From a virus (Duplodnaviria; Heunggongvirae; Uroviricota; Caudoviricetes), in IMG/VR virus record IMGVR_UViG_2944808559_000001, positions 23,109 through 87,108 of that record: a DNA stretch of 64,000 nt. One strand, given 5' to 3'. The position numbers and the translations under genes were made by a program. The notes under the pieces were generated by a model. The model was not told the DNA's origin. It made no database searches and saw nothing but the letters and a program-made list of their open reading frames with translations. This document shows positions 43,412-53,225 of this stretch, in pieces; position 1 is the first letter of the stretch, and each line of letters begins with the position of its first letter.

Positions 43412-43969
43412 CTAGGCCAGGCGGGCCGCCTGCCTCCGTTCGCGCTCCGCTTGGGTCTTGCCCGAACGAGCGCACGGCGGCGAGCAGTACTTCGTGTCGA
43501 GCCGCTTCGTCATCGGGATAGGCGTCCGGCAGATCAGGCATGCCAGATCAGGCGCACGAGTTTCTCGCCGGATCCGCTTCTTCTCCGCAGCGCGCAGAGA
43601 GCCCTGCTTCGTCGAGCATGTACGGCATCTTCTCGTCCCATACGAGGTCACACGGGTGTTCTTCTCTGTGTACTCGTGCCCCTCGTGGCAATGAGTGACC
43701 GCAGCGGCCTGCCGCCGGAGATTCTCCTCCTGCGTCACCGCTTCGAGGTGCGTGGGATTCACGCAGTCCCGAACTCGGCATAGGTGATCGACCTGGTAGC
43801 CCTCGGGGATCGGCCCAACGAAATGCTCGTACGCCCATCTGTGCGCGTAGACCTTCTTCTGCCGAACAGAGAAGGTACCGTAGCCATTCAGGCGGCCTAT
43901 GGTCCCCGTCCAGAGCCAGCACCCAGACGTCTTGATGACCTTGTCAAGGAAACGTGCTTCAACATCCAT
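43412..43969 (-). CDS. HNH endonuclease (phage homing-type)
   Basis: GCWLWTG...YAHRWAYEHFVGPIPEGYQVDHLCRVRDCVNPTHLE. Start taken at MDVEARF. Confidence 0.7.
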   Translation of the reverse strand: MDVEARFLDKVIKTSGCWLWTGTIGRLNGYGTFSVRQKKVYAHRWAYEHFVGPIPEGYQVDHLCRVRDCVNPTHLEAVTQEENLRRQAAAVTHCHEGHEYTEKNTRVTSYGTRRCRTCSTKQGSLRAAEKKRIRRETRAPDLACLICRTPIPMTKRLDTKYCSPPCARSGKTQAERERRQAARLA

Positions 43970-44600
43970 TCGTCTCATCTCCTGCCACAAGTTCGTGCAC
44001 GTGGCGGCCGATCTCCTCGACCGACCACAGATGGCCGCAGCCGCCGATCCGCAGGTCGCACTCGATGTAGGTCTCACCTGCCGTGCGGATCAACGCCCTC
44101 AAATCACACTCAGGGCGGGGGCACGGAGCGATTAGGTGCTGCACGTGGACCTGCCACGGTGCGAGCGCGTGCGTCGTGCGCCGCAACCCGGCCAGCTCGT
44201 CGCACATGTCCCCGATCCACCCCTGCCCGGCCGCCCACCCGACGTGCCGGCCCAGCCACACGGCCAGCTCCTCCACCGTGACGCGCTCCGGATACACCAG
44301 GCCGCGGTGCTCGGCGATCAACCACGCCCACGACTTGAGCACGTGCCGCAGGTGAGCGGCGTGGTCCAGGACCTCCAGCCGGATCGGGACCGGCGCCTCC
44401 CGGCTGCCGGACACCTTCGCCCCTCCCCCGCTGCCGGGCGCGATGTGGTGGCCGAGCCACCGGTCGAGGGTGGGCGTGATCTCGATGTCGCGCCGCAACC
44501 GCGTCGTACATCCGGCGCAGATCAGCTGACCGAGATCAGCCTGGCGCGGTCCCCGCTGTCCGCCACATCGGGGGGCTACGCACAGCGGAACCTGGTTCAA
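43959..44600 (-). CDS. hypothetical protein with CxxC zinc-ribbon-like motifs (213 aa)
   Basis: ORF track. Confidence 0.45.
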   Translation of the reverse strand: MNQVPLCVAPRCGGQRGPRQADLGQLICAGCTTRLRRDIEITPTLDRWLGHHIAPGSGGGAKVSGSREAPVPIRLEVLDHAAHLRHVLKSWAWLIAEHRGLVYPERVTVEELAVWLGRHVGWAAGQGWIGDMCDELAGLRRTTHALAPWQVHVQHLIAPCPRPECDLRALIRTAGETYIECDLRIGGCGHLWSVEEIGRHVHELVAGDETNGC

Positions 44601-44741
44601 CTCTCACGCTCTTTCTCAAGCCAGAACTGAAGAGTTGCTAGCCTATCCGCTAGCGTTACATTGTGTCCTTCATGGTCACATCCGTTCGCTCGATTCCGTG
44701 GACTGGCGGCTAGACAGCTGCCTCGGCGTATCAACCAGTCG

Positions 44742-45965
44742 TTACGTGGCCGCCCCACTCGCTGAAGCGTCTTCAGCCGCTTCAGCGAGTCGCAGCGTAT
44801 GCCACCCGTCCGTGCCCGACTCTTCCCGCCAACTGGGCGGCCAGACACGCTCTGTGTTTTCGGCCGCAGGCATCAGTCGTACACCGTCCAACTCTGCGGC
44901 TTCCAGTCCTGTCACCTCATCGAACCTGATGTCAGTCCCTTCGCTAAAAACCGCCTCATCGAACACGGCGTGGCACTCGAAAGACGCGCCGTTGAACCTG
45001 ACATCGCCGGTGAATGCCGCATTCCGGAAGAAGACATCGCGAGTGAAGGTCGCAGAGTGAAACAGAGCGGCCTCGGTGAAAACCGCCCCATCGAACCAGA
45101 CGTCGTCGGCGAAGGACGCAGTGTTGAACCAGGCGGTGTCGGTGAAAGTCGTTTCATGGAACAGAGTGTGACCAGTGAAGGTCGCCTTAGCGAACTTGGC
45201 CTCGGCGAAACGGCAATTAGAAAGGTCGAGGTTGATAAGCGTGGCACCTACGAGATCCAGGTGGATGTCTGGCCAGTGCCGCGCGCTGTGATCGGCATGG
45301 CGCTGCCTCCAGCGGCGGCGTGGTGCCTGGAAGCGCAGGTGGTCGGTCAATATGCGCTGGGCTGTGAGACGGACCTGTAGTTCCTCCTCCGGGTCGCGGC
45401 TGCTGTTGGCAGCGGAGCGACTTATGCCAGTCCGGGCATTGCGCTGCGCGACGCGGACCTTCTCGTATCTGTCCTCCCGTAACGGGGTATAGGGCATGCG
45501 CAGGTAGGCGCAGACCACGTCCACAATGGTTTGGCGCAGCGCTGGCGTATCCTGAGCAAGACGTTCCAGGGCGTAAAGTCCGCCAAGGCGGACCGGAGCC
45601 TGGTCATTGCCAAGTTGCTCAACCGCCTTTGTATACAGTTCGGTGACCCGGCGCTCAGTGGCGTCGTGCGTGGTGTGTGCAGTGGCTAACTCCTGATGCC
45701 GTTGTCGACGTACCGCCAGCATCAACGTCACCGCAGCCCCTACGCCCGCGGCGGCAGCCAATGCAGTGCGGGCGACCTCGATACGGGTAGAGATCTGCTT
45801 GTCGATGGGCAGTTGACCCAGGTCTTGCAACAGCCAGGCACTGGTGGCCCATGTGGCTGCTCCGATGAGTAGCGCGGCAGGGAATACCCACCACCACATC
45901 GATCGTGGTGTCCGGAGCTCAGGTGGTGGGCCAGCGGGCTTAGTAGTGCGTGACGGGAGAAAACG
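44742..45965 (-). CDS. pentapeptide-repeat protein with N-terminal TM region
   Basis: Internal ATG MRFLPS. Long run of A(D/N)FxxAxF pentapeptides (FAEAKFAKATFTGHTLFHETTFTDTAWFNTASFADDVWF...). Confidence 0.6.
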   Translation of the reverse strand, partial: RFLPSRTTKPAGPPPELRTPRSMWWWVFPAALLIGAATWATSAWLLQDLGQLPIDKQISTRIEVARTALAAAAGVGAAVTLMLAVRRQRHQELATAHTTHDATERRVTELYTKAVEQLGNDQAPVRLGGLYALERLAQDTPALRQTIVDVVCAYLRMPYTPLREDRYEKVRVAQRNARTGISRSAANSSRDPEEELQVRLTAQRILTDHLRFQAPRRRWRQRHADHSARHWPDIHLDLVGATLINLDLSNCRFAEAKFAKATFTGHTLFHETTFTDTAWFNTASFADDVWFDGAVFTEAALFHSATFTRDVFFRNAAFTGDVRFNGASFECHAVFDEAVFSEGTDIRFDEVTGLEAAELDGVRLMPAAENTERVWPPSWREESGTDGWHTLRLAEAAEDASASGAAT

Positions 45966-46277
45966 CATGCTCCATTCCACCTCGCAGCGGAGCACTGGCT
46001 CCGGCGAGTGCTCAAGTCGTGACTCAGCCGTCTGAGCACGCCCGCAGTCTCTTCTCGCTCTATCGCCCACCCCTTGAGTGACTCTGCACATGCGGTGTGC
46101 GATAGAAGACCTCCATAAGCAACCCTTTAGATCGAGTGCTGGTAGAGGCGTGCTCGTAGACATCGCCTGGTCCAGGCCCGGTTACTTAAACCGCGCTCAA
46201 CGCACTTCACCGATTGGACTCCTTGTCGACTAGGTGGCGCAGGCCAGCGGTTGCTGGCTGGCCTGCCGTTGTGTGGC

Positions 46278-47051
46278 TCAGCCCTGGTATTCCTGCTTGA
46301 GGATCTGCAGCAGGGCAGTGGCCAACGAGCCGAGGTGGCCGCCGGGCTGGCCGCCGCGCTTGCTGTACTCGCGGTTGGCGGCGTTCATGAACTCGTGACG
46401 GGGGATGCTGTCGTCGTGGGCGAGCTGGTCGATCGGGACGGCGCGCAGGCCCTCGGCCATGGCCTGGACGATCGGGTCGGCCGCGAGCTTCTTCGCGGTC
46501 TCGGCGTAGCTGGGGTCGGCGATCACTGCTGCGTCCGTCAGCATGTCCTGCAGTTCGGATGTGCGGCCGCCGCTTCCAGCGTCGCCGTAGGTGTTCTCTC
46601 CGCTGTTGTTCACCTCGACCAGCAGCGGGCCACGCCCCTCCGGGATGCCCTCGTCCTCGACGTGCACGTACGTGCCCGAGCCGTCCTTGCGGACGTAGAC
46701 CAGCATGGAGACGCCGAGCGCCTCCATCACGTACATGGGGGACACGTCGCCCTGGTCGGGGTCGGGGTCGAACACGCGGACCTCGCAGCCGTCATCGATG
46801 GCGATGGTGCGAGGGCTGGGCGAGGGCAGACCTGCGAGCGCCGCTTTCAGCATGTCGAGGCGGCGCTGACCGAACTGCCAGATCTCCAGCAGGTCGTCAT
46901 CGGTGCGGGCGGCCAGGTCGCCGATGGTGCTGATGCGGTCGCGCTTCAGCGGGTGGGTGACGTGGAACGTCAGGCTGGGCAGGACCTTCGTGATGTCCGC
47001 GTCGGCGGGCAGGCCGGCCTGGGCGATCAGTTCGGCTACGGTCTTGTTCAC
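46278..47051 (-). CDS. hypothetical protein (257 aa, GTG start), possible HhH/alpha-CTD-like segment
   Basis: GTGA overlap. RISTIGDLAARTDDDLLEIWQFGQRRLDMLKAAL. Confidence 0.45.
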   Translation of the reverse strand: MNKTVAELIAQAGLPADADITKVLPSLTFHVTHPLKRDRISTIGDLAARTDDDLLEIWQFGQRRLDMLKAALAGLPSPSPRTIAIDDGCEVRVFDPDPDQGDVSPMYVMEALGVSMLVYVRKDGSGTYVHVEDEGIPEGRGPLLVEVNNSGENTYGDAGSGGRTSELQDMLTDAAVIADPSYAETAKKLAADPIVQAMAEGLRAVPIDQLAHDDSIPRHEFMNAANREYSKRGGQPGGHLGSLATALLQILKQEYQG

Positions 47052-47395
47052 AGGACCTCCCACCGGCCGGTGTCGGCGTTGAGGTAACGGATCTCGGCCG
47101 AGCCGGTGTCGTTCTTGGCCCAGTCGAGCGGCGCGAACCACAGCTCGCCGCCCTCCTCCCCCGGCGGGACGATGATCCGCCCGGCGTAGTCGAGCTGGCC
47201 GTCGCCGTCGTAGAGGCGGAACTGCGCGCCCTCCCCGGCCTTGAGCCGCTCGGTGAGCGTGAGAGCCTCGTCCAGGTCGGCGTTCGTGATGTCCACGAGC
47301 GCACCGGCGCGGGATTCTTCCGGCCTGTCGGCGAGGTGGTCTTCGGTGATGATCCAGCCGTGAGGCTTCGCCACGGTCAGTCCTCTTTCCATGCG
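47048..47395 (-). CDS. hypothetical protein (115 aa)
   Basis: Internal ATG MERGLTVAKPHGW. The upstream part of the track ORF is low-complexity. Confidence 0.45.
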   Translation of the reverse strand, partial: RMERGLTVAKPHGWIITEDHLADRPEESRAGALVDITNADLDEALTLTERLKAGEGAQFRLYDGDGQLDYAGRIIVPPGEEGGELWFAPLDWAKNDTGSAEIRYLNADTGRWEVL

Positions 47396-47652
47396 TTGAT
47401 GAGGCCGGCCACCTGGCGCTCCTTGGTGGCGGTGTCGGTGAACAGCTCGGCCGCCATCCGGTAGCCCTGGTTGGTGATCAGCGGGTTGCTGTGCCCCGCC
47501 GCGTGCGCCTCCTCCGCCTTGCGGGCGGCGTCGTCCATCTGCTGGGCGTGGCAGTGCAGGGCGTTCGTGATGACGTGGGCGTGCCCGTCGAGCAGCTCGA
47601 CGGCGGCTCGCATCCGCTTGAGATCGTCGGGGTTGACCTCGATGTATGCCAT
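47377..47652 (-). CDS. hypothetical protein (91 aa)
   Basis: ORF track. Confidence 0.4.
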   Translation of the reverse strand: MAYIEVNPDDLKRMRAAVELLDGHAHVITNALHCHAQQMDDAARKAEEAHAAGHSNPLITNQGYRMAAELFTDTATKERQVAGLINAWKED

Positions 47653-48350
47653 CAGCCGATCCCGCACTGGTCGGGGCCGCCGGCGGCGTTGATGGCGGCG
47701 GCGAGCTGCGCACTGAGGTGGTGGGCTTCCTCGACGGTGAGCGCCTTACCCGGCAGGTTGAGCAGGACATTAGTGCCGGTCCAGCGCGCCATCAGGCCGG
47801 AGTCCGCGTTCTCAGCTGCGTGGTGCTCCCCGTGAGGGTCACCCAGCGGCTGGATTGCGGCGTCGCGTTGCTTGACGGCCTCCGCGAGTGTGCGGGCGAG
47901 ATGGTCGCGCTCGGCCTCGGCCGCCGTACGGGCCTCGTGCGGCGTGAGCTTGCCGACCCGCTGCACCGTGACAGCGAACCGGTCGCCTTCCTGCCGGTCG
48001 GTGAAGGTGAACGACTGCTCGACGTAGTTAGGGGCGTCGCCGAGCCCCCGTGCCCAGCCGACCAGCGCTCCGGTGATCTCGTTGGGGGCGTGAACGGTGA
48101 GGCCCCAGCCGCCTTCGGGCATGGGCCCCATCTGCCCGACCATCACCTGGTCGGCGAGCGCTTCCGCCTGCGCGTCTTGGTGGTCGAGGGCGCCGTCGAG
48201 GGCGTCCACCGCGACGCGGTACTGGACGCCGTCGTTGAGCAGGTATGGCCAGTGCTGGTTGAGCTTGTCGCCGACGGCGCGGACCAGGTCGGGGTCGTGC
48301 TGGCCGTGGTCGATCGGCTCGGCCTGTTCGTCGGGATTGGTCTGGTTCAT
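47652..48350 (-). CDS. hypothetical protein (232 aa)
   Basis: ORF track. Confidence 0.5.
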   Translation of the reverse strand: MNQTNPDEQAEPIDHGQHDPDLVRAVGDKLNQHWPYLLNDGVQYRVAVDALDGALDHQDAQAEALADQVMVGQMGPMPEGGWGLTVHAPNEITGALVGWARGLGDAPNYVEQSFTFTDRQEGDRFAVTVQRVGKLTPHEARTAAEAERDHLARTLAEAVKQRDAAIQPLGDPHGEHHAAENADSGLMARWTGTNVLLNLPGKALTVEEAHHLSAQLAAAINAAGGPDQCGIG

Positions 48351-48423
48351 GGTCTTCCTCGGATGGCTGATGAGAGAGGCGGCCCCGCCGTACGGCGGGG
48401 CCGCGTGGGTGTGGGGTTCGGGG

Positions 48424-49158
48424 TTACCTCAGGGCGGCCTGCGGGGCTCCGTCCAGGCGGGTGCCGCCGACGTCGGCCCGGCGGCCGGCCTCTGCGCCCC
48501 TGTTGTAGGCGTCGGCGTCGACCGTGACTTTGCGGCCCTTGCTCAGCTTGGGGTACATCTTGGCGAACATGGCGTGCACCACCTGGTCGCGTTCGATGAG
48601 CACGATCTCCGTGCTGACCTCGCCGGGCGCGTCCTGCGCCTCGTCGGCGGCCCGCTGCTCGGCGGCCCTGATCCGGTTGAGGGCCTCACTGATGAAGCCG
48701 TGCAGGAACGAGCGGCTGTAGGCGTCGCGCTTGGCCTTGGTGGAGGTGTGCCCGAACGGGACGCCTTGCCGGTTGAGCGCCCGGAACATCTGCAGCATGA
48801 GGCTGGTGTAGAGCAGCTCGGCGCGCTCCAGGTCGGGGGCGAAGCCGAGCAGGTCCATGGTCGACTTCTTGGCCCGGGGAGCACGCATCCAGACGGCGCG
48901 GCAGCGCAGTGCCTCGGCGACGCCGTGGACGAGGGTGGCCTGTTCCCGCATCCACGGGTCGGCCACCTCGACGGACCGCAGCTCGGGCTTCTCCCGGCCG
49001 GGCCGGAGGTAGGCGAGCCTGGCGCGGTCAATGCCGTACTTGGCCATCTGCGACTCGGCGGCCGCCATGAACGTCTTGCGCTCGTGCTCGTTGTCGGTGC
49101 CTTCGGCCTTGGCGAGCAGCCCGCGGATCCGGGTGAGGATCTTGTCGTTGTCTGCCAT
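48424..49158 (-). CDS. DUF2786-like protein
   Basis: N-terminal KILTRIRGLLAKAEGTDNEHERKTFMAAAESQMAKYGI matches the DUF2786 pattern common in actinophages. Confidence 0.5.
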   Translation of the reverse strand: MADNDKILTRIRGLLAKAEGTDNEHERKTFMAAAESQMAKYGIDRARLAYLRPGREKPELRSVEVADPWMREQATLVHGVAEALRCRAVWMRAPRAKKSTMDLLGFAPDLERAELLYTSLMLQMFRALNRQGVPFGHTSTKAKRDAYSRSFLHGFISEALNRIRAAEQRAADEAQDAPGEVSTEIVLIERDQVVHAMFAKMYPKLSKGRKVTVDADAYNRGAEAGRRADVGGTRLDGAPQAALR

Positions 49159-49223
49159 GCGGTTCTCCGTTTCGGGGAGGGATGGGAGCGGCCCCGCCTG
49201 GGGGGACGGGGCCGCGGAGGGGG

Positions 49224-49829
49224 TCAGTAGCGGGTGGCGTTGCGGTCGTCGTCGGTGAACCCGTCACCACCGCGCGACAGCAGGCGCCCGGCGCGGGTCA
49301 GCGTCTCCTGGGTTCTGTTGGAGCCGTATGACAGCGTCATGCCGGGGTCGATGCCCATGGAGGAGGCGACGGTGATGGCGTCCTGGTCGGCGCCGAGGAA
49401 GACGATGTTCCAGCCCTTGGCCCGCTGCTCGGTGATGAGCGCCTTGATCTGGTCGAGGCGGTACTCCTGGGACCAGTTCTCCTCACCGTCGGTCTGGATG
49501 GCGAGGCTGATCTCTGCGGGCTGCTCGCCTTCGGGCATCTGGTCGAGCTGCTCGTTGATGCGGCTGATGGTGATGCCGATCGCGTCGAGCAGCGCGGTGC
49601 TGCCGGACGGGCGCAGCTCGTAGAGCGGGACGTCGTTCAGGGCGAGGTACTCGTAGACGACCTGGTGCCGGGTGGCGAATTCGTAGAGCGAGACGAGCGT
49701 CTCCGCCGGGTTGGTGTGCTGCTCCTGCAGGAGCAGCACGAGGCCGGCTTCGGCGGCGGTCTTCACCTGCACCATGGAGCCGGAGCGGTCCATTAGGACG
49801 GCGAGGAGGCGGCGGTTCGGGTTCGGCAT
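49224..49829 (-). CDS. von Willebrand factor A (vWA) domain protein
   Basis: Internal ATG MPNPNRRLLAVLMDRSGSM gives the MIDAS DxSGS, plus GSTAL and TDGEEN. RBS GAAAGGGA. Confidence 0.6.
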   Translation of the reverse strand: MPNPNRRLLAVLMDRSGSMVQVKTAAEAGLVLLLQEQHTNPAETLVSLYEFATRHQVVYEYLALNDVPLYELRPSGSTALLDAIGITISRINEQLDQMPEGEQPAEISLAIQTDGEENWSQEYRLDQIKALITEQRAKGWNIVFLGADQDAITVASSMGIDPGMTLSYGSNRTQETLTRAGRLLSRGGDGFTDDDRNATRY

Positions 49830-49891
49830 GTCGGTCCCTTTCGAGGGGTTGGAGGGTTGGCCCGGCCGGGCGGCCGGGCCGCGGGGTGATG

Positions 49892-50176
49892 TCAGTCGGC
49901 GAAGAGGACGCGGCCGTCGAGGACCTCGACGGTGCCGTTGATCTCGGCGGCCAGGTCGTCGACCACGGCGCGGTTGGCGTCCCAGTAGGCGGCCTCGACG
50001 ACGAGGCAGAGGACGTGGCCGCCGTCCTTGTCGCGGATGGTGCAGGCGACGGCCTGGCGGACGTCGAGGACGACGCCGGTCCGGGCGCAGGTGATCTGCC
50101 TGCTGACCATCCACTGGAGGGCCATGCGGTTGGCGGCGGTGTCGGGGTCGAGGTGGCCGAGGATGACGGCCATGAC
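49892..50176 (-). CDS. hypothetical protein (~94 aa, GTG start)
   Basis: VNDVMAVILGHLDPDTAANRMALQWMVS... RBS GGAG. The upstream part of the track ORF is ignored. Confidence 0.4.
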   Translation of the reverse strand, partial: VMAVILGHLDPDTAANRMALQWMVSRQITCARTGVVLDVRQAVACTIRDKDGGHVLCLVVEAAYWDANRAVVDDLAAEINGTVEVLDGRVLFAD

Positions 50177-50543
50177 GTCGTTCACGTGCGGCTCCGTTCG
50201 GGTTCGGCTGGCGATTTCGCTAGCGAGTTTGGTGGTTCCGATCCCCTGCTGGGGTGGTGCGGGGGTCGGTGGGGTGTCCAGAGTCGCAGAGTCGCTGCAG
50301 ATTCGCAACGACTCGTGCGGGGGTCTGAGACGCTCCGAGAGCGCTTGGGGGAAGCATTCCGATCTCAACCCCTCCGGGAAGGGTGTTGAGCGCTTCAGGA
50401 GCGCTCTCAGACGCGCGGGGGACGATCACCCTGGACAGGGACACGCTAGCGCTCACGCAAGCCACGTTCGGTTGCGCAAAGTGCGCAATGCCAGAAGACT
50501 GGAGGCCCAACCTGGGCACCGACAGTGGAGGCGACCTCACCTC

Positions 50544-51065
50544 ATGGCCAGCACAAACAAGACGCGCGGCCGAGGTAAGGCTGTGCCCGAGGCGCAGTTC
50601 AGCGAACATGCGAGCCCAGCGCCGGCCACAGCTACGAAGACGAAACAGCCAGCAACTTCCCGCCGCATCGGCAAGCCGAAAACCATGTACGCGCTCAACG
50701 TGCGCATCCCCCGGGACATGGACGAGCGCCTCACCGCCGCCGTCGAGCGCACCGGCATGGGCCCCCAGGCCATCGCCAACGAGGCGATCAACGACCACGC
50801 CACAGCGGTCGGCGTCCCCGAGGACATCCCCGTCCCGGCCAAGGAAGACCGCCCGTTCCGCGAGCGCACCCCCAAGAAACGCCGCTACGGCACCGCCGAA
50901 GAAGAGCAAGACCGCCAGCTCGGGGTACGCGTCACGCCCCTCACCGACGCCCGCCTCACCGCGGCCTGCGACATCACCGGCAACGGGCCGCAGGACTTCG
51001 TGCGGACGGCGTTGAACGTCTGGCTGCACAAGCGGAAGATCCCCTTCAGCGCCCGCCAGGATTAG
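50544..51065 (+). CDS. tandem ribbon-helix-helix (CopG/Arc-like) DNA-binding protein
   Basis: Internal ATG MASTNKTRGRG. Two RHH-like units (MYALNVRIPRDMDERLTAAVERTGMGPQAIANEAI and LGVRVTPLTDARLTAACDITGNGPQDFVRTALNVWL). Upstream region carries TTGCGCAAAGTGCGCAA. Confidence 0.5.
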   Translation: MASTNKTRGRGKAVPEAQFSEHASPAPATATKTKQPATSRRIGKPKTMYALNVRIPRDMDERLTAAVERTGMGPQAIANEAINDHATAVGVPEDIPVPAKEDRPFRERTPKKRRYGTAEEEQDRQLGVRVTPLTDARLTAACDITGNGPQDFVRTALNVWLHKRKIPFSARQD

Positions 51066-51484
51066 GAAGCGGTGGCAGGGAAAGCCACGCCGAGCTGGCT
51101 GTACAGCTCCAGCTGGTCGAAATAGAGGCGGTGGGCGATGATCAAGTCGTTCTCGATGGTGAAGACCCAGCATGCGTGGAAGCTCACGCGCCGGCCGGAC
51201 GGCTCGACGACCTGGCCTCCCGCGATCAGGAACGGCCCGGTATGCGTGCCGTTGAAGGTCGTCTCGACCGCCGCCCGGTCGCCGTCGGAGATCCGGTCCC
51301 ACACGGTCATGGACACATCCGGAACCGCGTCCCAGACGTGGGCGTGGTACGAGGCGATCTGCTCGTGGCCGTCGGCCTGCATCTCCGGTCCCACCATGGT
51401 GGCGGCGTCGCTGTAGCAGCGCACGCATGCCTCCATGTCGTGGGCGTTCAGTGCTGCCACCAGGCGGTCGACGACGTCGGGCAT
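51062..51484 (-). CDS. SnoaL-like / NTF2-fold protein
   Basis: 140 aa. LVAALNAHDMEACVRCYSDAATMVGP...WDRISDGDRAAVETTFNGTHTGPF is the SnoaL_2-like pattern. Confidence 0.5.
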   Translation of the reverse strand: MPDVVDRLVAALNAHDMEACVRCYSDAATMVGPEMQADGHEQIASYHAHVWDAVPDVSMTVWDRISDGDRAAVETTFNGTHTGPFLIAGGQVVEPSGRRVSFHACWVFTIENDLIIAHRLYFDQLELYSQLGVAFPATAS

Positions 51485-51554
51485 GCCGTGGGCTCCTCCC
51501 CCAGTTATCGCAGCTCGTGGAAACGCCTGTCCCTCTACCCAAGCTCAAGGGTGC

Positions 51555-52331
51555 TCACCTGCCCACTTGTGATATCCCAGGTGGCGGGGACGTCACCGGC
51601 GGCCGGACGTTGTCAGGCGCGCCCGGCTGGTCGACGCCGACCGGCGGTATGCCGACGAGCTGGGCAGGCTGAGGGCGCAGCACGCGCGCCGAGGGATGAG
51701 TGCGCGCTATGTCCTTCTCTGGCACGGGCCTCATGTCGTACAGCTCGACCACCTGAGCGACCGCGAGTGCGACCGGGTGGTACGCGATGGCGTCCCAGGC
51801 AACGAACACGTTGTGCCTCCAAAGCAAGGGCTGGGCTGGAGTCCTGGCTCGGTACAGGTCAGCCAGAACACCCGCGCTGAGAGCTGCCTCCACCGTGCAG
51901 AGCATGGCCTGGTCCTGGAGCATCGGGCATTCCTTGAGCGCCTTCGGGATGCAGTTCCAGCAGGTGGGCGGTGCGTTGGTTCTCCCAGATTCCTCGCCGG
52001 TGCGCTCGAACACGGTTGGGACGAGCAGCCACGGGATTCTGCCCGATTCGGGGTCGGTCGCCGGTGCCCCGCACACCTGGCAGAGCAGGTGATTCATGCA
52101 TTTCCATTGGCGCAGGACGTTGAGTTTCCGCATGCGCTCGGAGCCGCGCGCTTTCGGCCTGTCGCGCAGGTCGAGCGACCGGGCGCGCAGAATGCCGTTG
52201 ACCCAGTCGCTGCGGTGGGGGTGGCGGTAGGTCAGGCGAAGCTCGTACTCGTGCCACTCGAACAGGATGGGTTCGTCGACCAGCTCGTTGGCGTAGGCGA
52301 TCGTGTACGGCACGGTGGTGTAGCCCGTCAT
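51555..52331 (-). CDS. hypothetical protein with CxxC...CxxC zinc-finger-like motifs (259 aa)
   Basis: Internal ATG MTGYTTVPYTIAYANELVDEPILFEWHEYE. Contains CQVCGAP...CWNCIPK. Confidence 0.45.
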   Translation of the reverse strand: MTGYTTVPYTIAYANELVDEPILFEWHEYELRLTYRHPHRSDWVNGILRARSLDLRDRPKARGSERMRKLNVLRQWKCMNHLLCQVCGAPATDPESGRIPWLLVPTVFERTGEESGRTNAPPTCWNCIPKALKECPMLQDQAMLCTVEAALSAGVLADLYRARTPAQPLLWRHNVFVAWDAIAYHPVALAVAQVVELYDMRPVPEKDIARTHPSARVLRPQPAQLVGIPPVGVDQPGAPDNVRPPVTSPPPGISQVGR

Positions 52332-52546
52332 GATACGGTCCCGCCGAGCCGAATCGTCTGGCTCAGCAGCCCGGCGTTCGTGTCGCTGATGCTGCGATTT
52401 GGGGGCCATGTCTTGTATCGGGCGTGCCAGAGGTCGTCTACCCGCCACACGGTCCAGTCCGGATGGGCGTCCATCAGCACGCTGCACATGTGCGCGGCGT
52501 GCTCCGGAATGTTGTAGTAGGCGCGCGTCTCGTCCTGATTCATTGC
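52328..52546 (-). CDS. hypothetical small protein (72 aa)
   Basis: Internal ATG MNQDETRAYYNIPEHAAHMCSV. Confidence 0.35.
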   Translation of the reverse strand, partial: AMNQDETRAYYNIPEHAAHMCSVLMDAHPDWTVWRVDDLWHARYKTWPPNRSISDTNAGLLSQTIRLGGTVS

Positions 52547-52743
52547 GCTGCCTTGCTGGCGAGGGACGCCACGTGCGACGGGGCTGGCGCTTTGGTCTCC
52601 GCTTGCTCTCGCGCGCGGAGTTCTCGCATGCGAACCGCGTGGTCGGCGTACCAATCTTCAAGGGCCGCCATCTGATTTTCGGGCGCGAAGGAAGTCATGG
52701 GGTGGTGATCTTCCGGTCTCGGCTCGGGCAGGTGAATCAACAT
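52540..52743 (-). CDS. hypothetical small protein (67 aa)
   Basis: ORF track. Confidence 0.3.
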   Translation of the reverse strand: MLIHLPEPRPEDHHPMTSFAPENQMAALEDWYADHAVRMRELRAREQAETKAPAPSHVASLASKAAQ

Positions 52744-52805
52744 TAGCGCTAAAGCACTTAGACGCTAAGGGGGAACGGCACTATAGCCCTGATGCGATTC
52801 GATTC

Positions 52806-53225
52806 GTGACCTCACCCTTGGACCCAAACGCGGACAGGCCCCTGTTCAAGCAACTGGCCGACCGGGTTCGCGAGCAGATCCGGACCGGCGAGCTACCGCC
52901 CGGTCACAAGCTCCCGTCGCTGCATCGGCTCGCCGACATGTACGGCGTCGGGGTGGCCACAGTGGAGGACGCTTTGGCGCAGCTTCGCGGTGAAGGACTG
53001 ATCGAGACGCGCAAGGGCGTCGGCAGCTTCGTCCTGGAGGAAGTCGAGCGCCGCGTGGTGACCGTGGAGGGTCCGGCGTTCGTGGAGGCGCGTATGCCGA
53101 CGCCCGACGAGCAGCGCAAGCTTGGCCTGCCCGCGCAGGGTGTGCCGGTTCTGGTGGTCGAGGAGGACGGCCAGGAGAAGGTGCTCCCGGCTAACCGGAC
53201 GAGACTCGAGATCCCGCCCCGCTGA
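52806..53225 (+). CDS. GntR-family HTH regulator (short)
   Basis: PGHKLPSLHRLADMYGVGVATVEDALAQLRGEGLIETRKGVGSFV. Confidence 0.6.
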   Translation: MTSPLDPNADRPLFKQLADRVREQIRTGELPPGHKLPSLHRLADMYGVGVATVEDALAQLRGEGLIETRKGVGSFVLEEVERRVVTVEGPAFVEARMPTPDEQRKLGLPAQGVPVLVVEEDGQEKVLPANRTRLEIPPR

